From assembly GCA_040954595.2 (NCBI GenBank), contig CM082593.2, forward strand, positions 9,247,200 through 9,311,199: a stretch of 64,000 bases of DNA, in the 5' to 3' direction. Shown piece by piece: positions 51,419 through 63,682 of this stretch (position 1 is its first letter; each line of letters starts with the position of its first letter). The DNA is from Balanoglossus misakiensis. Taxonomy: Eukaryota > Animalia > Hemichordata. Under the pieces are notes generated by a model. That model was given only the letters and a program-made list of their open reading frames with translations, had not been told where the DNA came from and searched no databases. A program made the translations under genes and the position numbers.

Positions 51419-53722
51419 ATTTGTTTCTATGTATTGGGATTTACAGGGACTTTGCTATATCTCAGGGATTCTCCTGAGGCAGATCTCTAGAATGTGTGAA
51501 GAAGTGTTCTGATCATCACATTTCATTTGACCTTCTTTGCAAATTCAGAGATTGTCTGTGGAGCGAATTGCTACAGGAATTTCATGTGCATGATGTGAGT
51601 AATCCCACTGCTGATGCATCCACCAGTTTGTTTTTTGGCTGGTTGAATGCAGCAGCAGTGACAGACTCTCACATGAATTTCATTTACAATATTCTTCTAC
51701 AACATTTACAAGGAATTTTCCTCTTTCGACAGGGCACGAGCTTCAATTCACCCACTTACCTACGGGCTTGACGACATCTCCTTCGCACCCTGTGGCACGG
51801 TCGGAATCACCCCACTTACCAAATGATTGATGTCTATGACGAGACCGACCGTGCCCGGTATCAACCAATACTTCTCCAAACTCTGGAGAAGTACGAGGCC
51901 ATTTCACGATCTGGTAGGCCTGATGCCCATCAAGGTGCGGACGCCGTCCTGGAGGAGTACGACTAAAACAACAAGGCCTGAGCTCCTCCAGTGCCCGATT
52001 CAGGTAAGTGGGTTGTCATCTGTAGCAGGCATGATGCCCTGGCCAGTCTGAGAAAGATAGTCTTCTCAGTCGTTAGCCTTGTAAACCCCGAGTCGTTGGA
52101 ACGTAGCCGCCCAGGCTACTCTAACGACTTGACGGGTTTCAGGGGACGACTGAGACAGACATCTTATGTCAAGTATCAGGATGGTCGGTCTCCTATTACC
52201 ATCTCAGGAGATGCTATGGATAGACACATTGGCAATTATAACATCAATGCCGAAGAAAGAAGACGTTCCCTGGTAAGTATCATCTGCCAAGGTAAGTCTC
52301 CAGGCACTGGCAAAAAAAATACTACTTGTTACAGAAAAAGAAAGAGCAGAAATTGAAAGAGAAGAAAAAAAAACAAATGCCACACTTCGACACGAATGCA
52401 ACGACATAATTCAGACACTACCGTTAACATACAGAACATCACTGCATACACAACTACGACGGGCAACAAACAAATCCAAGCTCCTGGAATTACTGCACAG
52501 TGTGCATGATTTATAAGGGGCTATTACAGAAGTGTTTGAATTTGAAATGCAACAGTAAAATTATTAGTGTATTTCAACTTCAAACACCCATTCCCCTTGT
52601 CTATCATATTAACTGTGCACAAAACACAGTATTGGCAAAACAGAAATACACTGCACAGTACACAATTGAATTACAGTGGCTACATATTTTATTGATTTAT
52701 AAAAAAAAATCTTTTTTTGGTCATATTTCACAGTTTATCTATTAGTTTACCATGTATCTCTATTCCTTTTTTTTACTTTCCATGATTTAATCTCGTTTTT
52801 GTGTGTATCTTTTTTTCAATTATGTTTAGTCCTCTTGAGGAGCAGCTGTCACTGAAAACTACTGCCACTGTACTTGCTGACCAGCTGAGGAGATTATTGA
52901 TTTTCTATATTCTAATCAACAGAATTTATATATTTTTTTAATTATATTTTTATTGAAAAATTATTTGAAGGTTTCTAAATAGGAATGAAACAAATGAATT
53001 ACGTTTTATATTATAACCCAACATTGAAACATTATTCCAGCCAATCATGTGATAAAAATTCAAATTATGATCATTTCCGAATTTCATTTGTTTAAAATCA
53101 TGACACATTTTTTTTCCTATTTAGAAACCTATTCAACTAACACTTCAGGTGCAATGTTTTACTTTTATTTTATGCTTTAATTACATTTTTATTATATTTT
53201 AGGTTTATTTATTCTTTTACGATTAATTTTTATTTGTTGGCAAAATATTGAGTGTCATTTAATTTTTTTTTATAATAAACTTGGTTTCATATATTATTTA
53301 AATACAGCAATCATTTCTTTCGCCAAATTGGATTCCAGTGTTATTTTCTTTTATCATTATTTATAAATTATGGGAGTTGATTTGTTAATGGGTATGGGGT
53401 TGGATTGTGTGGGTTCGGGGTTGATAAAGTTGAGAGAGAGTTTTGTGCATTGTTATAATAATCATGAATTGAATGTAATTTTATATGAATTTTTTAGTTC
53501 TTTGTAATAAAAATTTGATAATCTCAAATAGTGGTCAGTTGTGAGGAGTCATTTATTTCAATATTATGCCATTTTTATTTTAGCTTTTTGACAATTGGAA
53601 GTTTACAAAATTATGCATTTATACAATTAATTTTTTTCAAAAATACAGTCATTTCAATAAAACAAATTACAAAAGTGGCAACATCATGCAATGTAATTTT
53701 AATTTCTTGGCAGTAGAAACAT

Positions 53723-53940
53723 CAGTGTTTCATCTAGGGGGAGGGGGGATTCACCCCCTTGTTGACATGATAGCACCCCTTAGGAACTTGTCATGGGGGG
53801 GGGGGGGCAATGCCCCTTAAAATGATGCTGTGTACATGTTGGAGATATTACAGTCTGCCTTGGAGAGTGGAAACCCCCCTAAATATTCTGGCAATGGGGG
53901 ACGTATCCCCCCTGTTGATGCCATCCTAAATGAAACACTG
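53723..53940. mobile_element. 218-bp hAT-like MITE
   Basis: CAGTGTTTCATCTAGG ... CCTAAATGAAACACTG, a 16-bp TIR with 1 mismatch. The interior has G/C runs. Flanks AAACAT / AAATAT may be an imperfect TSD. Confidence 0.7.
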
Positions 53941-54171
53941 AAATATGAGTTAAGACAAATTAACTATACTCGGTGACTGAAGAAACTGTATAACATAAAT
54001 AACACCATGTGTATATGACAGATGTCCAGGATATAATTTGTAAACCTACCACAATATAAAGCGCTTCGACGTAAACATCACCGGCGGTTCAAGTTGCAGA
54101 ATTTTCATTTGATTTCACCGTTTTACTGTCAGGTTATCTGGCCGATTCCCCCGATGCTTCTAGATCAATAA

Positions 54172-54453
54172 TTAATCCATACACAAATACCAATTATTCC
54201 CTACCTTGATCGAAAATAACGGTTTAAAAACTCCTGACTCATCATGACGAAGTACATGAAACTTTGTCCAAGAGCATAAGCCAAATGTCATTTGAGGTTT
54301 GACGGCGTTCTGATCGTATGGGTTGGATTTCTCCCGCAGAAGGCGATACCCAGCACCGACAGTAAGTGCACCTTTATAGTGGTGCATCGCCACTGCCAGT
54401 ACTTGGTGTACGATGAGTGAAGGCATTCTCTGAAGAGTATAGTATTGTGACAC
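54172..54453 (-). pseudogene. HIRAN-like domain fragment
   Basis: VLAVAMHHYKGALTVGAGYRLLREKSNPYDQNAV matches the HIRAN pattern L.RE..NPYD.NAV. The following G(Y/H)(L/V)P segment is not evident. Confidence 0.55.
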
Positions 54454-55348
54454 GATGACCTGGTGATGGTGTTCGCTCGCCTGCTTTTTCGGTTGTGCGG
54501 GGCTTGTTGTGTCGCTGTCGTCAAAAATAGTGTAGGCGACGAAATCAAAATTTATTATTTTTAAAAAGCACTGGTGAAATGTTTTCTTATTGACCCGGAT
54601 GCAAGTTTGACTCGTACTTTCGTGTTTTTAATTGACGGGATATCCCCAGCGTATTTCACCCCAAAATTACATTTGAATAAAATGGTCGTAATTTTCATAC
54701 CAAAGAGCGGGAAAAGACGTATTTCCAAAGAAGTCATTTGTCAGATCGCGTTCTACATATTAACGATATGTTAATTTTTATGCTAATAAGCAACTCCTAA
54801 TATGGGTCATCGATGCGACTGTATTATACGGTAGGTATTTCACTCAGTGATATACCCCGTCTTGAACTATTTAGGATAATGCGCTGAAATCATCACACAG
54901 CGCTGACTAGGTGATCGGCGTGATAGTTCGCTGCGCGCGCGAGCGACGTACGGGGCATAGGACTTTAGTGGAGAGGGATGTTGTAAAATTGGGTTATTAG
55001 AAGCTGTAATAAAGTTTTCAAAGCTGGAGTTTTTTGTCATGTTGAATGTATCACATTTACTTCTTCGGAATTCTCAATGCGAAATAATCGTTAACATGAT
55101 ATTTTGAAAGAGAACGTAGGCAATTGTATTTAGAATGCAGATGTGCCCATCGTAATGAAAGCTGCCAGCCCCCTGAGAATAATACTACGGCCTACACGTT
55201 GATCACCTGATCGCATCGCCCTGTCTCACTTGGCTATGGGTGCCTGCCGTGATCCAAGGGCGCCCGGTTCAAATTTCTGGCCGTGAAATTGTTTTTCTCG
55301 ACGCATTTTCGCAAATTGTATTGTTTTATAGGTAGGCATGTATGATAA

Positions 55349-55476
55349 AGGGGTTATTACACGAATTTTGGTCGATAACGCGAGTGATGTCCGTATATCG
55401 TGCAAAGCAACGAGTCAGAATACGGACATCACTCGAATAGGACGGGTTATCGACCAAATTTAGTGTAATAACCCCT
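55349..55476. repeat. Foldback (hairpin) element
   Basis: AGGGGTTATTACACGAATTTTGGTCGATAAC..CGAGTGATGTCCGTAT versus ATACGGACATCACTCG..GTTATCGACCAAATTTAGTGTAATAACCCCT. Confidence 0.85.
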
Positions 55477-55789
55477 AATTATCTTCCGCTGTCAAAACAA
55501 TCTTCTGGAAAGTTGACTATACATGAAACACGGTAATATGGTATGGTATGGTTTGGGCATCGTTTAGAGGTTATAAACGGCTAGCGAGGGTATTTGGTTG
55601 CGGATATAAGACCTCTCAGGTGAAAATTAGTATATTTGGCGGGAAATAATCACCGAGCGATTCTAACTTGAAGTTCGGAAAGGCGAAAAAAAGTCGACTG
55701 GGCTGGATTTGGATTACACGGCCACCCTGCACTTTTGCTTGAAAATATTAAAGCATATTACCTCATATGAGATTCTAGACGGCAACAAA

Positions 55790-56810
55790 CTTCAACTGCA
55801 CCACAAAAGAGTGATTATGCGTGTTGTGTGTAAGGGCATAACACAGACACTATAAGTTGTGTGAAGGGGTAAATCGATTAACCATGTTAGAAATGTACTC
55901 CAGGGTAAGGCCATGAATGGCATTGATGTACTCCAGGGTAAGGCCATGAATGGCATTGTATTTAAGAAGCAATATCTTGTAATCAATCCTGGCACAAACT
56001 GGTAGCCAATCCAGAGTGATGAGAGCAAGAGTGATGTGTTCAAACTTCTTCGACCGGGTGATGATATTTGCTGCTGTGTTTTGTAATCACTGAAGTAGAT
56101 TTACTGCAGATTGAGGAAGACCAAACAGTAACGAATTGAAGTATTCAAGTTTGGTGGAAAGAACTACACGAATTCAATCCTTAGAAGATAGGTACTTTCG
56201 TATTGATCCGATGTGTCGACGATAAAAAAAACGTGGACATACATGTATTCTTGATGGGCTGGTTATAAATATGGATACTATCAAAGACAGCTCCCAGATT
56301 ACACGTTGCTGTTACCAGAGAGATGGATGCAGAGCCCATGTTGGAGGATGGAATAGGATCAAGAAGATGAGCGAATATCAACGACTTCGGTTTTGTTTAG
56401 CTGTAGTTTATTCAGTGTCATCCATGCCTTCGATGCAGATCTTCAGAGATTGGACGATAGAGGGTGGATCTTGCGGAGAAAAAGCAAGGTATAGTAGTTT
56501 ATCATCGGCGTACTGATGAAATTGTGGTTGTGGTGACGATTCAGTTTACAAAGTGGGGCTATATAAATGGCGAAGAACAGAGGGCCAAGGACAGAGCCGC
56601 GTAGGCCCAATACGATAGGTGAATGTGAACTTGCAGTGTTTTCGATGATTACAGTTTGGTATCTATTTTGAATGTAAGATGTTAAACCATGTTAATACTG
56701 TGTCTGTAATGCCAAGGTTTGATAGTCTACGAATAAGTATCCCGTGATCAATGGAATCGAATGCGGCGGAGAGGTCAAGTAAGATCAGTAGTGCATACTT
56801 TTCAGAGTCG
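55790..56810 (-). mobile_element. Degenerate LINE (L2-clade-like) reverse transcriptase fragment
   Basis: Minus-strand pieces [51 protein letters not shown] and SKLEYFNSLLFGLP, with many frameshifts. Confidence 0.85.
55893..55958. repeat. 33-bp tandem duplication inside the LINE remnant
   Basis: ATGTACTCCAGGGTAAGGCCATGAATGGCATTG occurs twice. Confidence 0.9.
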
Positions 56811-56874
56811 TACTACCGCTGGAATATTATTGTAGTTCATACATCAGGGACATTGTAGCGATGAGGTAACGGCC

Positions 56875-57347
56875 TGTGACGAGAACAGTGATCCACGGAG
56901 ACACGTATCTGATTCACGTTCATTTATTGTCGAGAATTACTCCAGTACATCAAATATGTCCAGTTAAGTATGTGAGGAAGGAAACGAGCTCAGTAGCCTG
57001 AGGTACATACATCTCCCGTTAGATTATTCTCCTCCCCCAACTTTGCAAACAAAGTTCTCTTATAATTACTTTTCTCAAGGCGTGGTTAATCATGTCAAAT
57101 ATCACAAATACAATGTGTTACAATTTCATTAGGCATCAATTCAACTATATACGTACCAAATTACATAGAGCGTTATATAATAAAGTCAGTTCGATGATGA
57201 TTGACACTCAGAGCAGTCAATTAAACACCAGCTCCCCCTATCTACTTCAAATACATAAAATAAAAATACTATCAAACATTGACATTCCCGAGCTTTAAGT
57301 ATAATTGACCCTTAAAATCATATTTGACCTTTGTACAGATCATAACA
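56875..57347 (-). repeat. 3' LTR (473 bp) of a second Gypsy family
   Basis: Minus strand reads PPT AAAACAAGGGGAG, then TGTTATG ... CGTCACA, with AATAAA near 56923-56928. It lies downstream of the integrase. Confidence 0.8.
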
Positions 57348-58101
57348 CTCCCCTTGTTTTAAAGCAATGCGTCCCGCATTGGACACAAGTTTCTTAATTA
57401 AGAAGATAATGCAATAAAATACAACTTGCTAAATCGGTTATCTCTGTGGTTTCTTTATACAAACACATAGCCATTACAAGGGACTATTTACATAAACTGG
57501 GCCAACTATTTAGGTCATCAAACGAACGAAAAATTCAACTCAAAACATTTTTCTCCAGTGTTAAAATCTCTGCAACTTCAAACTTCACTGGTAATTTCTT
57601 TATAACTTAAATACATCAACACATTTAAACAGAGTGACACGGGAACCAGGTTGCATAGCACATACAACTAAACTCAGCAAACAACGGATAAAAAATGTCA
57701 TTCGACAACTTGCGTAACATTTAAACGAATCAAGGGACACGCCAATCGTATTCTCACTCATACAGACTGGCCAACACTCATACCTCTCAGTCGTGTTCAA
57801 ACTCTCATTTCAGTCAACCACGTGTCTCCATTTTCCGTGTTTTTTATTGTTACGCGCATATTTCTCTGTCCATAGATTTAAATGTGCAAGTGTGCTATAA
57901 CCCGTTTCCCCTTTATCTTTACAGGATTTCTCATCAAATACTCTTTTGCAATTTCATTCAAATTGTCTTCATCCTCCCACGTATTATGTTTGGTTGAATT
58001 ATTCTTCCACTTAACCAAATACTGTAATTTCCCATTTCTATGTCGACCCTTCAACACATTTTCTATTTCGTAAATGGCTCAGAAGCTTTGTTCTGACAAT
58101 T

Positions 58102-59370
58102 TCAATTGTTATTAGTTTCATCGATAGCACTGGGATTTGTCCTTGACGACAAATCTCTCAATTCCAATCCCTCAATTTGATCAGAACCATTCTCTGATTC
58201 ATTTATGTCTGCTTTAGGACTTTGACATATTTCGGTCCCATTTTCATAATTTTTGGTATCTGGTGAGGATGAGTCAAACTCTGAGGGGCGCAAATAAGCT
58301 CTTTTTAGCCTATTCACATGTATGCCTTTACGATAATTCCTGGTGCTATTGATGAAACGTAACTTGTAATTAACAGGACCCGCCTTCTCAGAAATAATGT
58401 TAGGACCTGTCCACTTATGTACGAATTTCTTATTAACTCCTGGTTTAACATCAGGTGTGTATAAATATACAGGATCCCCCACTTTACGATTTTGTGACCG
58501 TTGGATATTTTGATCATAACGGTCCTTCATATTCTGTCGACCTATATTCTCTTTGGCGATTTTATGAGCTATCTCCCTCTTAGCAGCTAAATGTTTAAGG
58601 TGTGTATCTATATTTCTTGTCCTCCCCTCAACTGGCTGGAATTCAACATCCATGGGCAATGTGGGATGCCGACCTTATAACACACAATACGGGCTGAACC
58701 CACTGGACTCTTGAGGACTAACTCTATACGCGAAAAGCACTGAACTTAGGTACCGATCCCAATCTTTCTGTTTACTATCAACAAACATGGACAGCATGTC
58801 GACTAGGCAACCATTGAAACGTTCTGTAAGGCCATTGGTCTGTGGACGATAAGGGGTAGAAACTTTACTCTGGATGTTGAAATATTTGCAAGTTTCGTGA
58901 ACTACCTGGGATAAAAAAAATCGATCCCTCATTACTCAGCAAAACTCTGGGGCTTCCATAAGTAGCAATTACTTCATCAAACAAGATCTTAGCAACTGTC
59001 AGCTCGTGCATTACGTAATGGATATGCTACTGGAAACTTAGTAAAGTAATGAGTAAGTACTAAGATGTATTTATGGCCATCATAAGTTCTAGGGAGGGGT
59101 CCCACAATATCCATACCCAGTCGGTCCCAGGGTCCTGATACTGGAATAGGTAACAACTTAGCATGAGTAGGGGGTGTGGCTCTCTTTCGTGTGTGACAAT
59201 GTGCGCATGTCTTTACGTACATGTCAACATCCCGGGGCATCCTTTCCCAAAAATACCTCTGTCTTAAAACTCCCAACGTTTTAGTGTATCCTAAATGTCC
59301 CGCTAAAACACAATCATGAGCCCACCGCAGCACATAATTTCTTGAGGACTTAGTTATCACAACCTGTCTA
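58102..59370 (-). pseudogene. Gypsy integrase remnant
   Basis: H..GH...C..C zinc motif (WAHD...AGHLG...CAHC), GMDIVGPLP, YRPQTNGLTERFN and a GPY/F region WTGP...VNYKL...IHVNRLK. It has frameshifts and a stop. Confidence 0.93.
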
Positions 59371-59417
59371 ACACAATCTAATTAACCAGCTGATTTCCCC
59401 TTGTTTCCAAAGATGGA

Positions 59418-59561
59418 AGAGAATAATCTAACGGGAGATGGGAGTACCTCAGGCTACTGAGTTCGTTCCCTTCCTCATGTACTTTACTGGGCGTATTTGA
59501 TGTACTATAATAATTATGGATAATAAATGAACGTGGATCAGGTACGTGTCTCCATGAATCA
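59418..59561 (+). repeat. Inverted partial copy of the 56875-57347 LTR
   Basis: GAGAATAATCTAACGGGAGATG..GTACCTCAGGCTACTGAG..AATAAATGAACGTG..ACGTGTCTCC is the diverged reverse complement of ~56888-57030. Confidence 0.8.
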
Positions 59562-60669
59562 CCTGGAAGTGAAATGGTTATTCCAGTGAAAGTGCCGTAT
59601 AAATATTTTACTGGAGTTTTAGATTTTATTTCTGATAAACGAACACGATTAACGCCGGCTATTTTGGCAGCTAAGGTGTTGGCCTATTCGAATAAGAATT
59701 TTCTTCCCATGCGAGTTGTAAACACTTTGGATACAGTGGTCAAAATTAAGAAAAACAGTGTTGTTGGAAAGTTTTCGCCCTTGCCCTGTAATAGTCGAAT
59801 AATCCCACTCGATAATAATGCCATTAATTGTGTCTCACCTGAAGGGCCCCATACACAGAAAGAGACGGATTATTTGATGGGTCAATTGAAGCTTAATGAA
59901 TTAGAGATAACTAAGGCTCAGCGTAAACAGCTTAGAGATGTTTTACTGCACAATATAGAAGCTTTTGTTGAGTCTAGTGGTCGTTTAGGTAACTGTGATG
60001 TAATCAAACATAGAATACGATTACAAGAGGGCGCTGCCCCGTTCCGTCGACCTTACCGAGTAACGCTTGAGAAAAGACGTGAACTTGAGCGACAAGTTGA
60101 TCAGCTGTTAGAACTAAATATTATCGAGTCGTCTACTTCACCGATTGCTAGTCCAATAATTTTAGTCAAAAAGCCTGATGGTTCGTGGCGTTTTTGCACA
60201 GATTTCCGTCATTTAAAAAATATTACAGTGCCTGATTCGTTTCCCTTACCCAGAACGGACGAATATCTTGAAATGTTAGGCAAGAATAAGCCTCAGTATT
60301 TTTCGACGCTAGACTTACAGTCAGGATTTTTTCAATTGGAATTAGATGAAGAGAGTACACCAAAAACAGCCTTTGTCACACATCAAGGTTTATATCAATA
60401 CAGGAGACTTGCCCAGGGGTTGCGAAATAGTCCCATGGACAGGTCCGTACATTATTTCTGTGAAGGTGGGTCCTGTTAATTACAAGTTACGTTTCATATA
60501 TAGCACCAGGAATTATCGCAAAGTCATACATGTGAATAGACTAAAAAGAGCTTATTTGCACCACTCCGACTTTGACTCATCCTCATCTGATGAGTCGTGT
60601 GAAGAAAACGGTGTCCCAGAAACGACAAATTATGAAAATGATACCCTAGAATTGGTGCTTGACACATAA
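59562..60669 (+). pseudogene. Gypsy pol fragment: linker plus RT N-half fused directly to integrase C-terminus
   Basis: RPYRV...SPIILVKKPDGSWRFCTDFRHL...FSTLDLQSGFFQ...QGLRNSP ends at 60435. From 60436 the sequence reads WTGPYII...VIHVNRLK. Confidence 0.92.
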
Positions 60670-61544
60670 CATGTTTTAATTTCTCGAATGCATGTTCGCA
60701 TCTATCATCTCATTCAAATTTCGTGTCCTTTCCCAACAATTTATGTATAGGCCTAGCAATGATCGAGAAATTCTTTATAAACTTTCTAAAATAATTGGGC
60801 CAACCCAAAAATTATTTCAACTGTGTGACAGTATGAGGACGGGGATATTCTTTAACAACTGTTACTTTACTCTTGTCAGCCGCAATTCCATCCTTACCAG
60901 TAGGACAAACCTCCAAATTTAGCGACTGCCTACAATATGTCTGCGCATGCTCACACCCTGTATTTGCATATACTGACGTCCCTGGCATGGAAATGCGGAA
61001 GTATTTGTCGAAGTTCGCTCTTGGATGTTATCGGCCTGCTTTTGATGTTATGTACATCGACTTTCGGGTATTTTCGGTTTGAACTTGTACGTCACACCCT
61101 CCCTTCCAGCATGGTGTCGTGTAAACAGGGTAAGTAAAAAAATTCAGTCGAATTTCATGAAAATCGATGTCCGTGTGACCATTTGCCCGCCATGATTCGA
61201 ATCGACATAACAAGCAATAGAACGTACCAGTTTAAAAACCATCGATCTGAACCTTCTATACCTAGTTTAAGTCATGTTGAATGAAACAATGTCTTCAAAC
61301 AGCAGATTATCTAATGGGGGACAATGGAGGACGGTTTTTGCGAATGGTTTGCTCACTTCCGGTGTGCTAGATTTGTCAAAGCGCGTTTTCACGTGTACGG
61401 GTATAGGTACATGCATGTACCTATTTCAATTGAACTTGTTTTCCAATGTTTTGAAAGGATCGGGTAGGTGACGTTGCTTTCTGAACCGTGCCTCTTTCTT
61501 CCCCAACAGGTCCAACTACACGTGGTCCTAGTGGCCAAGTTATC

Positions 61545-61690
61545 AACGTGATTTTTGAAAACCTGATATGGTAATTTATCACTTCCTACAGTTTTCCTAA
61601 GTTTGGAGTGATTAACAACTTTGGTTACCTCCTCAAGTGAGATGTTATGATTTAAAACAGTACTATGATGGTAGCCTTCTGTCAACTGCA
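61545..61690 (-). mobile_element. Short LINE ORF2 (pre-RT) fragment
   Basis: LNHNISLEEVTKVVNHSKLRKTVGSDKLPYQVFK resembles the L...I...EV......K..KA.G.D.IP.E..K motif. Confidence 0.6.
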
Positions 61691-62796
61691 TTTCTAGTTT
61701 CATTTCATGTTAGTAATGTGTGGTTCAGTTGCTATTTACATTACACAGAGACTATGAAGCCCTTTCTGAATTCCATTGTTCTCAATAAATTACACAAACA
61801 CATGATGTACAGAAATGAATATATTTAAATCTTTATTTCTTAAAACCTGGCAACAAACAAACAAATAAGTGTGTATAAACATGAATAAATATTTCAACTT
61901 TTAATAAAAAATATGGTCTCTTGATTCATTTTTGATCAGCCCCCTTCCTCCATCATTGATTCTACTCATGTAAATGTGTTTGCTAGCATAATTTAGACGG
62001 CGTCGCTGTTCACTAAATATTCTATCTTTAATTTCTTCTTGCCGTAAGTCTTCTTATTCCCCACTTCACTATTCCTGTCTGGTGTCTTTTCATTTGACTG
62101 AAGGTGAAAAGTGTAAAGACGTTGTTAATGCGCTTGACACACATGCAGTAAATAATAAGGTGTAAATATAAATATGTGAACAGCGTCAACAAGGTTATTA
62201 TGTTCAAATACTAGTATATGATGATGCGGACAAACAACTTTGCTCACTGGACGATGCTGACATGGTCATGGTAATTATCTGATCACATGCTTTGTTTATC
62301 AACGTACACCCAGGTATTTCAGGCTATAACTATGGCGAAAACTGTGTGTAATGCTATTCAACCGGACTTAGAAACGTGTGAAAAGTTGCTCCTAGTGACG
62401 GTATGGTGTTCGCATGTCAAAGTTCCGCGAACACAGTGTATGTACACACTGGCATTTCATTTCGATGGCACTCCATTTCTTCCAGATAATACAAAAAACA
62501 CAATCAATGCATGTTCTAAACACACTACGACCAATTCAAATTATCATGAAAATGTATTACCGTTGATGGTTGCTCCATTATCCTGCCCGGGATTAAAGAC
62601 TAGGTCGATTATCCACGCAACAGAAGATAGACCGTCGACCGCCATGTGATGTTCCATAACATAACCTGGGTCAGATGACGTGACCTTTGTTCAGCTTCCG
62701 GCAATCACGTCATATCGCACATGCGCGTTGGAGCTAAACACTAAGTAGCTAATTAGTTGCGCATACGCAAGTCGCTAAATTTGGAGGTTTGTCCTA

Positions 62797-63682
62797 CTGC
62801 TTACTGATAACATGACCCCAAAATTTAACACTCTTTCTCATAAATTGACATTTGCTGGGTTTTAATTTCAATCCAGCTTGACGTAACCTGGTTTGGACAG
62901 TATCAATGTGTTGTAGATGCTCCTCAAAAGAGCTGCTTAATATAAAAATATCATCAATATAACAAAGCACATATTGCCACATAATATTGCGTAACACGTG
63001 TTGCATAGTACGCTGAAAACAACTGCACTTATGTACGAATTTCTTATTAACTGCTGGTTTAACAGGAGGTGTGTATAAATATACAGGATCCCCCACTTTA
63101 AGATTTTGCGACCGTTGGATATTTTTATCATAACGGTCCTTCATATTCTGTTGATATCGATCTGTATTCTCTTTGGCGATTTTATGAGCTATCTCCCTTT
63201 TAGCAGCTAAATGTTTAAGGTGTGTATCTATATTTCTTGTCCTCCCCTCAACTAGCTGGAATTCAACATCCATGGGCAATGTGGGATGCCGACCTTATAA
63301 CACATAATACGGGCTGAACCCACTGGACTCTTGAGGACTAACTCTATACGCGAAAAGCACTGAACTTAGGTACCGATACCAATCTTTCTGTTTATTATCG
63401 ACAAACATGGACAGCATGTCGACTAGGCAACCATTGAAACGTTCTGTAAGGCCATTGGTCTGTGGACGATAAGGGGTAGAAACTTTACTCTGAATGTTGA
63501 AATATTTGCAGGTTTCGTGAACTACCTGGGATAAAAAAAATCGATCCCTCATTACTCAGCAAAACTCTGGGGCTTCCATAAGTAGCAATTACTTCATCAA
63601 ATAAGATCTTAGCAACTGTCTCAGCTCGTGCATTACGTAATGGATATGCTAATGAAAACTTTGTAAAGTAATGAGTAAGTAC
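62797..63682 (-). pseudogene. Second copy of the integrase core fused to RT C-half
   Basis: 63026-63682 closely matches 58412-59060. After ...KKFVHK it switches to SCFQRTMQHVL...CYIDDIFI...KPSKCQF...FWGHVIS (YxDD). Confidence 0.92.

Larger units (their letters stand above)
44813..52530 (+). pseudogene. Decayed large DDE transposase, Academ / DUF6589-like, split by the ISL2EU-type element
   Basis: Fragments in order: AVELLYTARNPKFVS, FSFDNEQ, CPKC, PIFVNPN, IRCDGLPY, RTGLLHEEINAVKS|FVSMYWD, DHHISFD, LWHGRNHPTYQ, HQGADAVLEE. There are several stops and frameshifts. The frame rejoins exactly when 46308-51420 is removed. Confidence 0.6.

Noticed and set aside
52550-53700. AT-rich tract with a short inverted repeat (~52969 / ~53114)
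   Set aside because: It is low complexity with no defined ends, and is insufficient to call an element.
55230-55290. tRNA or tRNA-derived SINE head (GGTTCAAAT B-box-like)
   Set aside because: I could not build a cloverleaf or find a convincing A box, tail or TSD.
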